Shown here piece by piece: positions 24,266 through 37,019 of a stretch of DNA of 64,000 nucleotides. How positions within the stretch are numbered: the stretch's first letter is position 1; each line of letters begins with the position of its first letter. Position numbers and translations under genes: made by a program. Source of the stretch: Chiloscyllium plagiosum (Eukaryota); assembly GCF_004010195.1 (NCBI RefSeq), contig NC_057746.1:9171412-9235411 (forward strand), in the 5' to 3' direction. Under the pieces are notes generated by a model that saw only the letters and a list, made by a program, of their open reading frames with translations, was not told the origin of the DNA and ran no database searches.

Positions 24266-27080
24266 TGATTTGGGGGTGCCAGTGTTGGACTAGGGTGTAC
24301 AAAGTTAAAAATCACACAATACCAGGTTATAGTCCAACAGGTTTTATTGGAAGCACATTAGCTTTCGGAGCGCCGCTCCTTCATCAGGTGGTTGGGGAGG
24401 ACACAATTGTAGGGCACAGAATTTATAGCAAAAATTTACAGTGTGATGTAACTGAAATTATACATTGAAAAATACTTTGGTTGTCTGTTGAGTCTTTCAT
24501 CTGTTCGAATACCATGATAGTTTCACTTCTTTCATGTGTAAATCACAAACCCTTTTTTTAAAAAGGTGCATTCTCAGTTTAACTGTAACAATGGTGATGG
24601 TTAGACAATATGTTGAAGGTGTTAGCCCCCTGTGTTCTCTGTCTGTACCATGATGTTTAGATTGATTCTAATCTAAGGAGTGAGATAACAGAGTTTTACA
24701 TGAATTCATGCAGTTTTTGAGCTAAGTACAATGTAACTCTGCAAGTACAAATTCACCACACAAAATATATGTGTACATATGTGTGTGTTGTGTGTGTGTG
24801 TCTGTCTGTCTGCGTTGGGGGTTCTGAGTGTGAGAGAGAGTGTGTGTGTGTGTAGTGAGTGTAGAGTGTCTTATATCTGTGAGGGGGTGCGTGTGGGAGT
24901 GTGTGTGTGTGTGTCTGGGGTGGAGGGGTGGTACATGTGTGTGAGCGTGGGAGTGTGTGTGTCTGTAAGGGTGTGTGTGTGTCCGTGTATATGTGTGTCC
25001 GTGTGTATGTGTATGTATAGCAGTGTGTGTGTGTAGGAGTGTGTATAGTGCAATGGTGGTCACCTGTAGTGTGACATGAACCCAAAGTCCCGGTTGAGGC
25101 CCTCCCTATGGGTGTGGAACTTAGCTATCAGCCTCTGCTCGGCCACTTTTCTCTGCTGCCTGTCCCGAAGTCCACCTTGGAGGACGGCCACCCGAAGGTC
25201 CAAGGCTGAATGTCCTGGATCACTGAAGTGTTCCCCAACTGGGAGGGAACCCTCCTGTCTGTTGATTGTTGTGCGGTGCCCATTCATCCGTTGTCGTAGC
25301 CTTTGCTCGGTTTCCCCAATGTACCATGTCTCCGGGCATCCCTGCCTGCAACGTATAAGATAGACACCATTGGCTGAGTCACATGAGTACCCACCATGTA
25401 CACGGTGGGAGGTGTCCCCACGCGTAATGGTGGTATCCATGTCCACACTCTGACACGTCTTGCAGCATCTACCTTGACAGGGTTGTATGGAGTTGTCCTG
25501 ACAGCCGGGCAACTTGCTACAAACAATGATCTGTTTGAGGTTTGGCGGTTGTTTAAAGGCAAGTAGTGGAAGTGTGGGGTAGATCTTGGTGAGGTGGTCA
25601 TCCTCATTGATAATGTGTTGCAGGTCACGAAGAACATGGCGTAATCTTTCAGCTCCTGGGAAACACTGAACAACGAAGGGTACCCTGTCGGTTGCAGCAC
25701 AGTATCCGTGTCCTGAGGAGGTCATTACGGTTCTTCTCTGTGGCACGTCGGAACTGGCAGTCGATGAGTTGAGCATCGTACCCTGTTCTTGTGAGGGAAT
25801 CCCTGAGTACATCCAGATGTCTGTCATGTTCCTCCTCATCTGAGCAGATCCAGTGTATGCGTAGGGCGTGTCCATAGGGGATAGCTGTTTTAATATGTTT
25901 TGGGTGGAAGCTGGAGAAGTGTAGCATTGTGAGGTTGTCTGTGGGTTTGCGGTAGAATGTGGTGCTGAGGTCTCCATCCTTGATGGAGATGCATGTGTCC
26001 AAGAATGAGACAGATATTCGAGAGTAGTTCATGGTGAGTTTGATGGTGGGATGAAACTTGTTGATGTCACTGTGTAGTTTTGAGTGACTCCTTACCATGG
26101 GTCCAGAGGAAGAAAATGTCGTCAATGTACCTGGTGTACAATGTTGGTTGGAGGTCCTGCGTAGGGAAGAAGTCTTGTTCGAACCTATGCATGAAGATGT
26201 TGGCATATTGGGGTGAAAATTTGGTCCCCATGACTGTTCCGTGTGTCTGGATGAAGAACTGGTTGTCAAAGGTGAAGACGTTGTGATCGAGGATAAAGCG
26301 GATGAGTTGTAGGACGGTGTTTGGAGATTGGCAGTTGTTGGTGTTGAGTACTGAGGCTGTTGCTATTGTGCGATCATTGTGGGGGATGCTGGTGCAGAGA
26401 GCGGAAACGTCCATTGATGAGAAATGTTCCTGGTTCGACTGGTCTGTGGGTGCTGAGTTTCTGTAGGCAATCCGTGGTGTCGCGACAGAAGCTGGGGATT
26501 CCCTGTACAATAGGTTTCACGATGCCTTCCACATTGCCGGAGAGATTCTCACACAGGGTCCATTGCCCGACACGATGGGACATCCTGGTGTGTTGGCTTT
26601 GTGTACCTTTGGAAGGCAGTAGAAGTCGCCTACATGAGAAGTACGTGGGATGAGGACGTGTAGGGAACTCTGAAGGACTAGATCCAAAGTTCTGATCAAT
26701 GTGTTTAATTTACGGGTGTGTTCTTCGGTCAGATCAGCTGGTAGTTGCCTGTAGTGTTCCTGGTTGTTCAGTTATCGGTACACTTCCTTGCAGTAGTCTG
26801 TTCTATTCTGAATGACAATGGCTCCTCCTTTATCTGCTGGTTTGATGACAATGTTGTGATTGGTTTTGAGAGCCTGGATGGCATTGCATTGTGAACGGGT
26901 GATGTTTTGCTCTACCTTGTGGGTATGGCTGATGAATCTGGCATTTATATATTTCCTGACGGTTTGAGTATACATGTCAAGCCCAGGGCAGCGGCCCTCC
27001 GGTGAAGTCCACGTTGACACCTTCTTTGGTCACTCCTCTACAGATCCCTGTGATGACTGTTCCAGTTCATTAGTGGGCTC
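24266..27080 (-). mobile_element. Penelope-like retroelement, 5'-truncated, with frameshifted RT and GIY-YIG endonuclease and a 3' pLTR
   Basis: IVIKPADKGGAIV, FYCLPKVHK, MDVSALCTSIPH, GTVMGTKFSPQYANIFM, YTRYIDDIF, VYLIRCRQGCPETWYIGETEQRLRQRMNGHR; TSD-like ATGGAATACTGG (24254) / ATGAAATACTGG (27081). Confidence 0.95.
24359..24387 (-). ncRNA. Minimal hammerhead ribozyme-like core in the pLTR of the Penelope element
   Basis: CUGAUGA-A-GGAGC(GGC)GCUCC-GAAAGCUA. Confidence 0.65.
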
Positions 27081-27298
27081 ATGAAATACTGGATTGCCTG
27101 GATGGGTGTAACTCCAACAGCACTTGATTAGCAGCACACCCACCATTCTCAGCTTTCACTGGCTTCACCATTATGTACAACACTAACAGTGTGTAAGCCC
27201 CTTCCAAACCCACAATCACTTCCATCTCGTTGGACATGAGTGCCACCTGCAAATTCCCTCCACCCCACAGACCATCTTGACTTGGAAATCTATCATCA

Positions 27299-27688
27299 GG
27301 CGCTCTTTGGTCTGTCTGAAACCTGTTGATCTGCCAGCTGAAGGAGTTGACCCCGACTGAGTGTTGCAGACTGGCACATTCCAAGGTCCAAGACTATGTG
27401 TTGAGGGATGCGCTGAAGCTTGGGGCAGCTGCCGCCAAGGCGCGGTGGGGAAAGACCACTGTGTAACGTCTGCCTGCCTAAGCACAGGGGGCCTACGCAG
27501 TAAGGGGGCTCTGCTGACCCCCCCAGCTAAATATATGGATAGTAAACGTACAGACCTGTATATATGAATGATTAATTCCGATCTCTGTGTGCAAAGAAAT
27601 GAAATGTGTGCCTATGAATGGCACCACCAATTGTAAAGATCATCAAAATATTTTATGAATAAAGTATATTTTTGAAATTTAAAAAAAT
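27299..27688 (+). mobile_element. Tx1/L1-clade LINE 3' end with poly(A), inserted into an older LINE
   Basis: KELTPTECCRLAHSKVQDYVLRDALKLGAAAAKARWGKTTV*, AATAAA and A-tail; the host LINE continues on both sides. Confidence 0.75.
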
Positions 27689-28789
27689 CATTCCTTCAGT
27701 GTCACTGGGTTAAAATCCTGGAACTCCTTCTGAAACCACATTGCAGATCTACCTGCAGCACATGGACTGCAGCAGCTCAAGAAGGCAGCTCACCACCGCC
27801 TTTTCCAAGTCGTTTCAGGATAGGAAGTAAATTCTGGCCAAGCCGAGGATGTGATCAAAAACGAATAAATACTGTCTTGTCAAAATCACTTCTGATATTG
27901 ATAGTAATTAAGTCAGCTTTATAGTTGAAATTAAAATCTTACAGGTATATTCACCCACCTCATCTCTTTTTCCTGTGATGATTTTGTCTTACCTAATTCA
28001 GGTATGCAGCCTTATCCTAAGGCAATAAAAACAGAAAACACTCAAAAAGCTCAGCAGGTCAGGAGGGTGATGGAATACTCCCTTCTTGCCTGGATGGGGG
28101 CATCTCCATCAACACTCAAAGAGCTTGACACCATCCAGGACAAAGCAGCCCGCTTGATTGGCTCCACATCCACAAGCGTCCGTTCCCTTCACCACCGATG
28201 CTCAGGAGCAGTAGTGTGTACTATTCACAAAATTTAACCAAAGATCCTTAGACAACACCTTCCAAACCCATGACCACTTCCATCAAGGACAAAGGCAACA
28301 GATACACGGGAACAACACCACCTTCAAGTTCTCCTCCAAGCCACTCACCATCCTGACTTGGAAATGTATCGGCGTTCCTTCACTGTCTCTGGGTCAGAAT
28401 CCTGGAATTCCCTCTCTAAGGTCATTGTGGGTCACCCCACAGCAGGTGGACTGCTGCGGTTCAAGATGGCAGCTCACCACTAGCTTCTGAAGGGCAATTA
28501 GGGATGGGTAATAAATGGTGGCCCCAGCCAGCGATGCCCACATCCCACAAGATGAAGACATTATAAAAAAGCCAGGCAGCAACTGTGGAATTTTACCAGC
28601 ACTTTCTTCATTATCAGCTGTCCACCATCTGCAGTGTTATCCTGACCCAGTGAAAGCCCTTCATCAGGCTTCTCATTCTCTGCTGCCTCTTCCCAAATTA
28701 TAAAAGCTAGTGTCTCCTTGTGCCTGACTGGGTTGTGGTATAAAAGTAGAGATTACAATAGTTGACGGTGAGATCTGATTTCATTCCAG

Positions 28790-28885
28790 AATGAACTGAA
28801 AGAGCTCTTGAGTTCCGAGGACGACGACATGAAAATGATCAGCAAATTAAAACAAAAGCAGGCGAAGGAGATTTCAAAACTGGAT
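28790..28885 (+). CDS. TRIM gene B, coding exon 2 (96 bp)
   Basis: ttccag|AATGAA...CTGGAT|gtgagt; NELKELLSSEDDDMKMISKLKQKQAKEISKLD. Confidence 0.92.
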
Positions 28886-28964
28886 GTGAGTATTACTTCA
28901 GCTCCCTTTAGGCACAGCAATCCATGAACAACCCACCGTTTGAACCATTCTCTCACTGTCGTAG

Positions 28965-29195
28965 CAATTCACAGCATCCCTGGAGGAAGACATCTCCGCA
29001 AAGTTTGCCAAGATTCACCAATATCTCAAAGACAAGGAGAAGCAGTCAATTAATCGGCTGAGGAGACGAAAGGAGGAAGACCAGCGACGATTGGAAGAGA
29101 ATTTGAAACAAATAGAAGAGGTTGCTGCACTTTTTGAAACCCTTATGAGTTTTGTTGCGGACAATGAGCAGAATACTGGCATCTCCTTTCTCAAG
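28965..29195 (+). CDS. TRIM gene B, coding exon 3 (231 bp)
   Basis: cgtag|CAATTC...CTCAAG|gtgatt; QFTASLEEDISAKFAKIHQYLKDKEKQSINRLRRRKEED...GISFLK. Confidence 0.93.
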
Positions 29196-29544
29196 GTGAT
29201 TTTTTTATATATACAGACCAATCTCCAAGCTTTTAGTCCAGTGTACTATTTTACAGCCCCATCACAACATTTGGCAAAGAGGGGTTAGTCAGGACTGGGC
29301 TTGATGTGCAGTGGGTGGGGGGAATGTTCCACACTGTCGATGTCTCGTTTTACTCACAGTGCAGCTGGAACCTGAGTAAAGGTGAATTACGGAGCCTCTT
29401 GCAGGTCCCTGATGTGATTTCAATGTTCGTAAAGGAATGAGGGGCTGAAGGTAGGCACTGACACTGAGAAACCAGCCCACATCTTCAAACGCATACTTGT
29501 TGTGTTGGCTTCTCCCAGTTTGACAGCAATATATAGTCATTGAT

Positions 29545-30221
29545 CCCTACAGTACAGAAACAGGCCTTTCAGCCCAACACTGACTCTCCAAAGATTAAGC
29601 CACCCAGACCCATTCCCCTACCCTATTGCTCTACATTTCCCCTGCACTGGGCGGCACAGTAGCTCAGTGGTTAGCATTGCTGCCTCATGGCACCAGGGAT
29701 CTGGGTTCGATTCCAGCCTCGGGCAACTGTCTGTGTGGAGTTTGCACATTTTCCCCGTGTCTGTGTGGGTTTCCTCTGGGTGCTCCAGTTTCCTCCCACA
29801 GTCCAAACATGTGCAGGTTAGGTCAATTGGCCATGCTAAATTGTCCATAGTGTTCAAGGATGTGTAGGTTAGATGCATTAATCGGGGTAAATGTAGAATA
29901 ATGGGGTGGAGGAGTGGGTCTGGGTGGGTTGCTGTTCGAGGGTCAGTGTGGACTTGTTGGGCTGAAGGGCCTGTTTCCACACGGTAGGGATTCTATGACT
30001 AATGCACCTAACTTACACATCCCTGAACACTATGGACAATTTAACATGGCCAGTTCACCTACCCTGGACTGTGGGAGGAAACTGGGGCACCTGAAGGAAA
30101 CCCACACAGACACAGGAAGAGTATGCAAACTCCACATAGATGGTCGCCCAAGGCTGGAATCGAACCGGGGTCCCTAGTGCTGTGAGGCAGCAGTGCTAAC
30201 CACTGAGCCACCGTGCCACCC
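29545..30221. mobile_element. HE1 SINE (+, about 29649-29998) nested in an HE1 SINE (-)
   Basis: minus-strand tail at 29545-29648 and head at 30000-30221 flank a plus-strand copy. Confidence 0.85.
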
Positions 30222-30688
30222 TTGAGTGAGTGAGCCCCGTGAGTGTTAACCCTGGCAGCAGAAATGTGTTTGGATTCACGGGAGTAACGCCCGAGAGCAG
30301 TGATGTGACCGAAAGGATCAATAAATTCTCAATAAAAACATAAAGAACTACAGATACTGTGAATCAGAAACAGAAAATGCTGGTGAAGCTCAGCAGCTCT
30401 GGCAGTGTCTGTGGAGAGAGATTAGAGTTAACATTTCAGGCCAAGTGACCCTTCCTGACAACTCAGTAAATTCTCAATGTGTTCAGTAGCGGAGGAAAAC
30501 CTGTCAAGTGCACTCAGAGTTGGGGCAGGAGATGGAGTAACTGTCACATCATTGAATCAAGTCAGTGAAAATTTCACCCAAAACCCTTCGTAGTTTTCAG
30601 GAATTACTGGGTAATCATTAAGACAACAAAATACAGTTGAAACATCATTGTCTATTTGTTAAAATGCTTCTAATTCTCTCTCCTGCAG

Positions 30689-30711
30689 AAATTGGAAAGA
30701 TTGAAAGAAAA
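30689..30711 (+). CDS. TRIM gene B, coding exon 4 (23 bp)
   Basis: ctgcag|AAATTGGAAAGATTGAAAGAAAA|gtgagt. Confidence 0.9.
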
Positions 30712-30803
30712 GTGAGTATCAAATGCAAGCCCGTATACAGGTTTACACGTTGATCACAGTTTGTGCCCAGTAACAAGTGATTAAATTAATCCCATTTGAA
30801 CAG

Positions 30804-30949
30804 ATACGAGGACAAAGTGAAGGAATTGGAAATTTTCCAGGACAACAATGAGATGGAGATGGTGGAGTTTGAGAGAGAGAAGTACACAGGGTTTCAAAGT
30901 CCCTTACTGTGCGCAGTGTGGAAGGAAATGAAACCAATCATTGCTCCAG
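30804..30949 (+). CDS. TRIM gene B, coding exon 5 (146 bp)
   Basis: gaacag|ATACGAG...CTCCAG|gtaaga; YEDKVKELEIFQDNNEMEMVEFEREKYTGFQSPLLCAVWKEMKPIIAP. Confidence 0.92.
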
Positions 30950-31319
30950 GTAAGAAGCTGCAAGCAGGAAGAGAGGGGTTGAAACGAACCAGTGATGAGA
31001 CGGGGTGGGGGGAGGGAAGATATGGTCAAGCAAAGGGGGGGTGGGGGTAGGAATGTGATGTAGCACAGCAGCAACTTGAGGAATGATTGCAAAGTGTGGC
31101 GGAATGGGTCAGACTGTAGCCATGTTAAAAACAAAAGCATTAGCAGGTGAGGCCAGAAATGATTGAAAAGAGAAGGAAATGGGTTTGAGGCCCTGTACCT
31201 GAATGTACGCAGCATTCATAACAAAAAGGATCAACTGTTAACATCGATGGAGATGAATATGTATGACCTGATATGCATTACAGTGACATGGGTGACTGCG
31301 TGAGAGGAAAGAGAGGAGG

Positions 31320-32995
31320 CCACTTGGCCCTTTGACCCAGCTCTTTCTTCCAATAAGATCAGCTTTTAACCTCAGCTCCACGCTCCTGCATGTCTCTGAT
31401 AATCTTGCGTCCCCTTGGTAATCAAGAATCTACCTACTTGTACCTTGGAAATGTTTAACGATTCTGCATCCATTGCCTTTTGTGGAAGGGAATTCCATAG
31501 ACTGTATCCTTTGAGGAAAGAAATGATCCATACTCATACCTGCCTTAAATAGGCGACCCGTTATGATCCTTAATTCTAGATTCTACCACAAGAGAAACAG
31601 ACCCTTCGGTCCAACTCATCCGTGCTGACCAGATATCCAAAATTAATCTCATCCAATTTGCCAGCATTTGGCCCATATCCTTCCAAGCCCTTCCTATTCA
31701 TATACCCATCTAAAATCCTTTTAAATGTTGCAATTGTAAGGCCTCCACCACTTCCTCTGGCAGCTCATTCCACACATTACCCTGTCCATGAAAAGGTTGC
31801 CCCTTTAGTCTCTTTTAAATCTCACCTTAAAGCTACGCTCTCTAGTTTTGGACTCCCCTGTGCTGGGGAAAAGACCTTGGCTTTACACCCTATCCATGCC
31901 TCTCACGTTTTTATAAACTTCTACAAGAGGAATCAGTCTGGTAAACCTTCACTGCACTCCATCCATAACCAGAACATCTTTCCTCAGGTAAGGAGACCAA
32001 AACTGCACACAGTATTCCAGGTGTGGTCTCACCAATGCCCTGTTTAATTGCAGAAAGATATCCCTGCTCCTGTACTCAGATCCTCTCACTCTGAAGGCCA
32101 ACATACTATATGCCTTCTTGACTCCCTGTTGCTCCTGCATGCTTACATTAAGTGACTGGTGTATGAGGACACTCAGGCCTCTCTTAATTTATAACCATTC
32201 AGCTAATAATCCATCTTCCCATTTCCCAAAGTGGATAACCTCACATTTATCCAACTTCATATTGCATCAGCAATGTGTTTGCTCACTCACCCAACCTGTC
32301 CAAATCACGGTTCGGCATCTCCGCATCCATCTCGCAGCCTTGTGTCATCTGCAAATCTGGGGCTATAACATTTAGTTTGCTCATATAAATCATTAATTTA
32401 TATTGTGAATAGCTAGAGCCCTGACACTGATCCCTGCTGTATCCCACAATTCGTGCCTGCCATTCGGAAAAAGACCTGTCTCTTTCTACATGAAAACTGA
32501 AAGAGCTGTGGACGCTGGAAATCAGAAACAAAAACAGAAACTGCTGGAAAAGCTGAGGAAGCCTCACTCGACCTGAAACGTTAACTCTACACAGATGCTG
32601 CCAGTTGAAACTTTATTGCTGGAACAGCACAGCAGGTTAGGCAGCATCCAGGGAACAGGAGATTCGACGTTTCGGGCACAGGCCCTTCTTCAGGATGCTG
32701 CCAGACCTGCTAAGCTTTTCCAGCAATCTCTGTTTTTGTTCCTGTTTATTTCTACTCTCTGTTCCCTCTTCATTTCAATACACTACCCCAATCCCATGAA
32801 CTTCAATTTTACACACTAGTCTCGTACGTGGGACCTTACCAAAAGCCTTTCAAAAGTCCAAATAAACCACATCCACTGGCTCCCCCTCATCAACTGTATG
32901 AGGTGTGTCCTTGAAGAATTCCAGTAGATTTGTCAAACATGATTTCACTTTTGTAAATCCATGCTGACTCTGTTCAATTCTGCCGCTATTTGCTG
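31320..32995 (-). mobile_element. Stack of minus-strand CR1 fragments
   Basis: ALVRPHLEYCVQFWSPYLRKD; DFxKAFGKVPH; SQHGF remnants. Confidence 0.8.
32666..32693 (-). ncRNA. Minimal hammerhead ribozyme-like core (second terminal-repeat family)
   Basis: CUGAAGA-A-GGGC(CUGU)GCCC-GAAACGUC; palindromic ACGU stem III; GUC cleavage triplet. Confidence 0.6.
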
Positions 32996-33032
32996 AGTAA
33001 AACTTAACATAATGTGTTTTAATTTTCCCTAG

Positions 33033-33577
33033 ATGCTATCTCCCTGACCCTGGACTCAAACACAGCACATCCAGGCCTCATTCTGTCTGAAGACCGAACC
33101 AGTGTGAGATATAGTAGCAAACAATTACAGCTTCCTAATAATCCGGAGAGATTCGACACGGCTCCGTATGTCCTGGGATTGCAGGGATTCACTTCCGGGA
33201 AACATTACTGGGAAGTGGAGGTCAAGGACAAGGCTGAGTGGGAAGTGGGAGTGGTCAGAAAGTCAGCCAGTCGGAAGGGAAAGATAACACTAGATCCTAA
33301 AACTGGATACTGGATTGTGTTGCTGAAAAATGGGAATGAATACAGAGCCAGTCAAAGTCCATTAGTCCCCCTGAGTCCGAGTGTGAAACCCAGGACCATT
33401 GGAGTTTACCTGGACTATGAGGGAGGGCTGGTGAGCTTTTACAATGCTGATGACATGTCTGTACTCTACACGTTCACTGACACATTCACCGAGAAACTCT
33501 TTCCTTTATTCTCTCCTGGAGTGTACAAAGCAGGTACAAATGTTGCCCCTCTTAAACTCCATCATTTCGGACCATAG
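33033..33577 (+). CDS. TRIM gene B, last coding exon (PRY/SPRY); joined CDS 1464 nt, 487 aa
   Basis: ccctag|ATGCTATC; [42 protein letters not shown]; TAG stop; exon phases sum to one intact frame. Confidence 0.96.
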
Positions 33578-34156
33578 ATCTCTAAATTCTTGTCAGAGCA
33601 AGAAGGGATAGAGTGCTGATATTGACCCCCAATAAGGTGAGAGAGGAGTAATATGGCCATTTTATGAAATGTGATCTGTGGAGTGAAGTAGAGAGTAGCT
33701 AAGTGTAGCTCAGCAACAAGAGCTTCCCCAGCACTGCCTATGAGCCATGGAAGCAGGAATTAAGCCTCGTCCCAAATCCTCCTTCCCCTTCAAGCAAGAT
33801 GCTGTGGCTAAATCACTACAAGTTACCTTTAGTTTGGCTACTTATTAAGAAATCTCTCAGATGGTTAAGTATGAAATGAATGATTTAAACATTATTGCAT
33901 GTAGCAGCCAAAAAAGACCCCTCAGGGAGGCAAGTTAAGCTTCACAACTCAACAGGGCTATTATCAAAACTGAAGTGAGGAGGAGTTTCTTCTCTCAAGA
34001 GGGTTGTGAGTCTTTGCACCTCCTTCCCACAGAAAGCTGTGGGGGTAGAGTCCTTGTGTATATTCAAGACTGAGACAGCTAAATTCTTGATCAGCAGAGG
34101 AATCAAAGGTTTATAGGGTAAAGGCAGGAAAGTAGATGTTCGGAATGTCAGACAGG

Positions 34157-34593
34157 TATGGAAACCACTTTGAGGACCCTGACCATGCTGTCCTCTGAGG
34201 TAACCGTTTTTTAGCAGAGTTGTTTTCTAACTGAAGTCGTTTACAAGAATTCTTTTGCTGATCTTGCAGTTGTATCCTCTCACCCACTCTCTCTATATGG
34301 GAGCTCTGTTAGAACCGCACCACTAGTTATCTGCTACTAACTTCTGCTAACAGTATGCTACGTCACAGCCTAATGTTGTTAGACCACCTCATGTTGTTAG
34401 ACATACATTGTTCTGTAACTAACAGTAGGTCATTTGTAATCCTATATAACCTGTGAGACCCTGTAGCTTGGCGGAGAGGTCGTGGTGTTGAGTGGTCACT
34501 GCTCTCTTCCCGTGATATCATGAATAAATGTGTCAATTACTCAAGGCCTGCACATGAGATTTAATCAGCAAGAAACAGAAAACTGCTACAACA
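34157..34593 (+). mobile_element. Putative solo LTR (437 bp) inserted into a CR1 3' end
   Basis: TA...CA ends (5' TG decayed); TSD-like ACAGG/ATAGG; TATATAA at 34443; AATAAA at 34523; the CR1 3' UTR is continuous across it. Confidence 0.65.
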
Positions 34594-37019
34594 ATAGGCC
34601 ATCATCTATTGAAGCAAGCTCAAGGGGCTGAATGGCCTCCTCCTGTTCCAATTTCTCATGGTCGGAAGGTCTTGCAAAGAGGCCAGAGGTGGTATTTTCC
34701 GATGCTTTCGTGCTGTGGATTATCTAAGTCTCTGAAACATGTAGGAACCCAGGATTCACTACTGCCCATTCAACAATGACCTCAGTCTCAGGTTTGAGAT
34801 GTTGGTTGCTGATGTTTTTAACGAGAGCATGGTCTCTGGACTGTGCCTCCCTGTCAATGCTTCCAATTGATTGCTTTTTTGAAAGGCCATTCAGGGGTGT
34901 TATTACACACCTCTGGAGCAAGTGGACTGGCCTTCTGCATCACAAACGCCCTCTCTTTGGTGTACTCTTTAGAAGTATTATAACTATAGGCAGGACAGAC
35001 TGCAGCAATGTGAGGACCTGATTACCCTAGCTGATATCCCAGCATCGCTACTAGGCAATCTGAGCCATTAATGTTCAAATCATAGAATCCCTTCAGCATG
35101 GAAGCAGGCCATTTGCCCATCAAGTCCACACCGATCATCTGAAGTGCATCCCACCCTTACCCAACCCCTCTGTAAGCCTGCATTTCCCATGTCCGATCCA
35201 CCTAACCTGCACATCCCTAAACACTATGGGGCAACTTAGCATGGCCATTCTCACAACTGAACTTATTGCATCTCATACTAATAAAGCTGCTCTACCATCT
35301 TTTCATCCTTGCCTATCCTTTCAAAATGTCATATATGTAGTTCTCAACTTTATATAAATATCCTCTGTATTAGCTACAAGAGCATACCATTAATTCATTC
35401 ATATGGCTTCTAATATGACACGATTTAAGTAAAGAGTCATTACTTTTGCCTTTTCCGCCCTTTGACTCTGTTTGCTAATTTTATATGCTCATACACTGGG
35501 CCCCAGGCCTGACACAGAATGAAACCAAAATGGATTCTCAAGGGATACAAACAGGTAACACATCCATCTTAACAGAGGTGACAATGGTAAAAAGACACTG
35601 ACTATGTCATACCATACAGACTTCCTTTGGCAGAGAATTGAAAGAGGAATAGTATTTTAAATAAAAGAATATTCTACCTCTCCTCCCAACCAAACCTGTC
35701 TTCCCTTTTAATAGACAACTAATGGTGTACAAAGGCACAGCATTTGCAAATCTGTCTTTGCTTGCCTATTATATACATATTTAATGTGCAAAGATTATAT
35801 ACACATTGGAAGTTCTGCTTTTTGACTATGATTTGAAGTATTAAATTGTGAAAAAAACGCTGAGGCGTTTCCGAATATGTATAGCAAGCAATAAGAAATA
35901 TACAGCAAGTGATTGCATTTACCAGTACCATGCCTATTTCATTCTAAGACAGCATTGTTTTCCATTGTTTTAATAAGTGACACTTTTTCTTCATAAAATC
36001 ACATCTGACATTTTTTGGCAAAAAGCCGATAGGTTGATAATAAGTGCATTTGTAGAGGGGAGCTTTCTCCTAGTTTTATCAGTATTTGGGGGGGGGGGGG
36101 GGGTTAAATCTGACGAATCCAGTTCACTCCTGATGTAACTGCAACCCTGCAGTGAAAGTTATTTCTCTGCATCACAGAGCCTCTATTGGAAACAGGGGCG
36201 CTGGTGATTTTTAGCCCACCAAGACTGGTTTACAAAGTAAGCATCTCTGAAAGGTACCAGAAGGCGTATTAAAAATGTTCCCAATTTTTTTAAAAAGGAT
36301 TTAATTTGTTAAGAAACGGACTGGGATACACCTTTGAAAGCAGTGCATGGTTCGGTTTTGGATTCCATGTTATTTTCAGAGTTTTAACATTCAGAAAATG
36401 GAGGGACACACTTCAACAGCTCCAATTTAGTTCCCAGCCCGAGCACACATTGAGAGGACAACTTAGACCCATCCTTGAAGTAGACTTTAGATCATAGAAC
36501 ATTACAGCGCAGTACAAGCCCTCAATGTTGCACTGACCTGTGATACCAATCTGAAGGCCATCTAACCTACACTACTGAGTGCATAAAATTCCCAGGATAG
36601 TACATGATCCAAGGGGATGACAGTCAGAGAGTAGGGAGCTGGAATCGGGAGTAGACCCAATCTAAATTCAGTCACAGGGTTGTTAAAGTGGTATATTAAT
36701 GCAGAGTCACACAAACCTAACACAGAGAGAGCACAGATTTAAGATGTGAGTTCTGGTGGAAGATCCTGCATGTGGAACATTAAAGCTATTTTTACTCAGT
36801 GCAGTTGCTGCCTGGCTTGTTTTCCTGTTTTGATCTCAGATATCCAGCTTCTGCACTGGAAATACAAGGAGGTCTGGTGAGAGGAATGGGATTGGGAAGC
36901 CGTGAGTGTGTAGTGGTTGGGTCTGGGAGGGAGAGGTTGCAGGAGACTTTTGAGGTCAGGTCAAGCATGATCTTTTTTTAGTTAGATACACTAAATAGTA
37001 ATGGCATGGAATCTATTCG

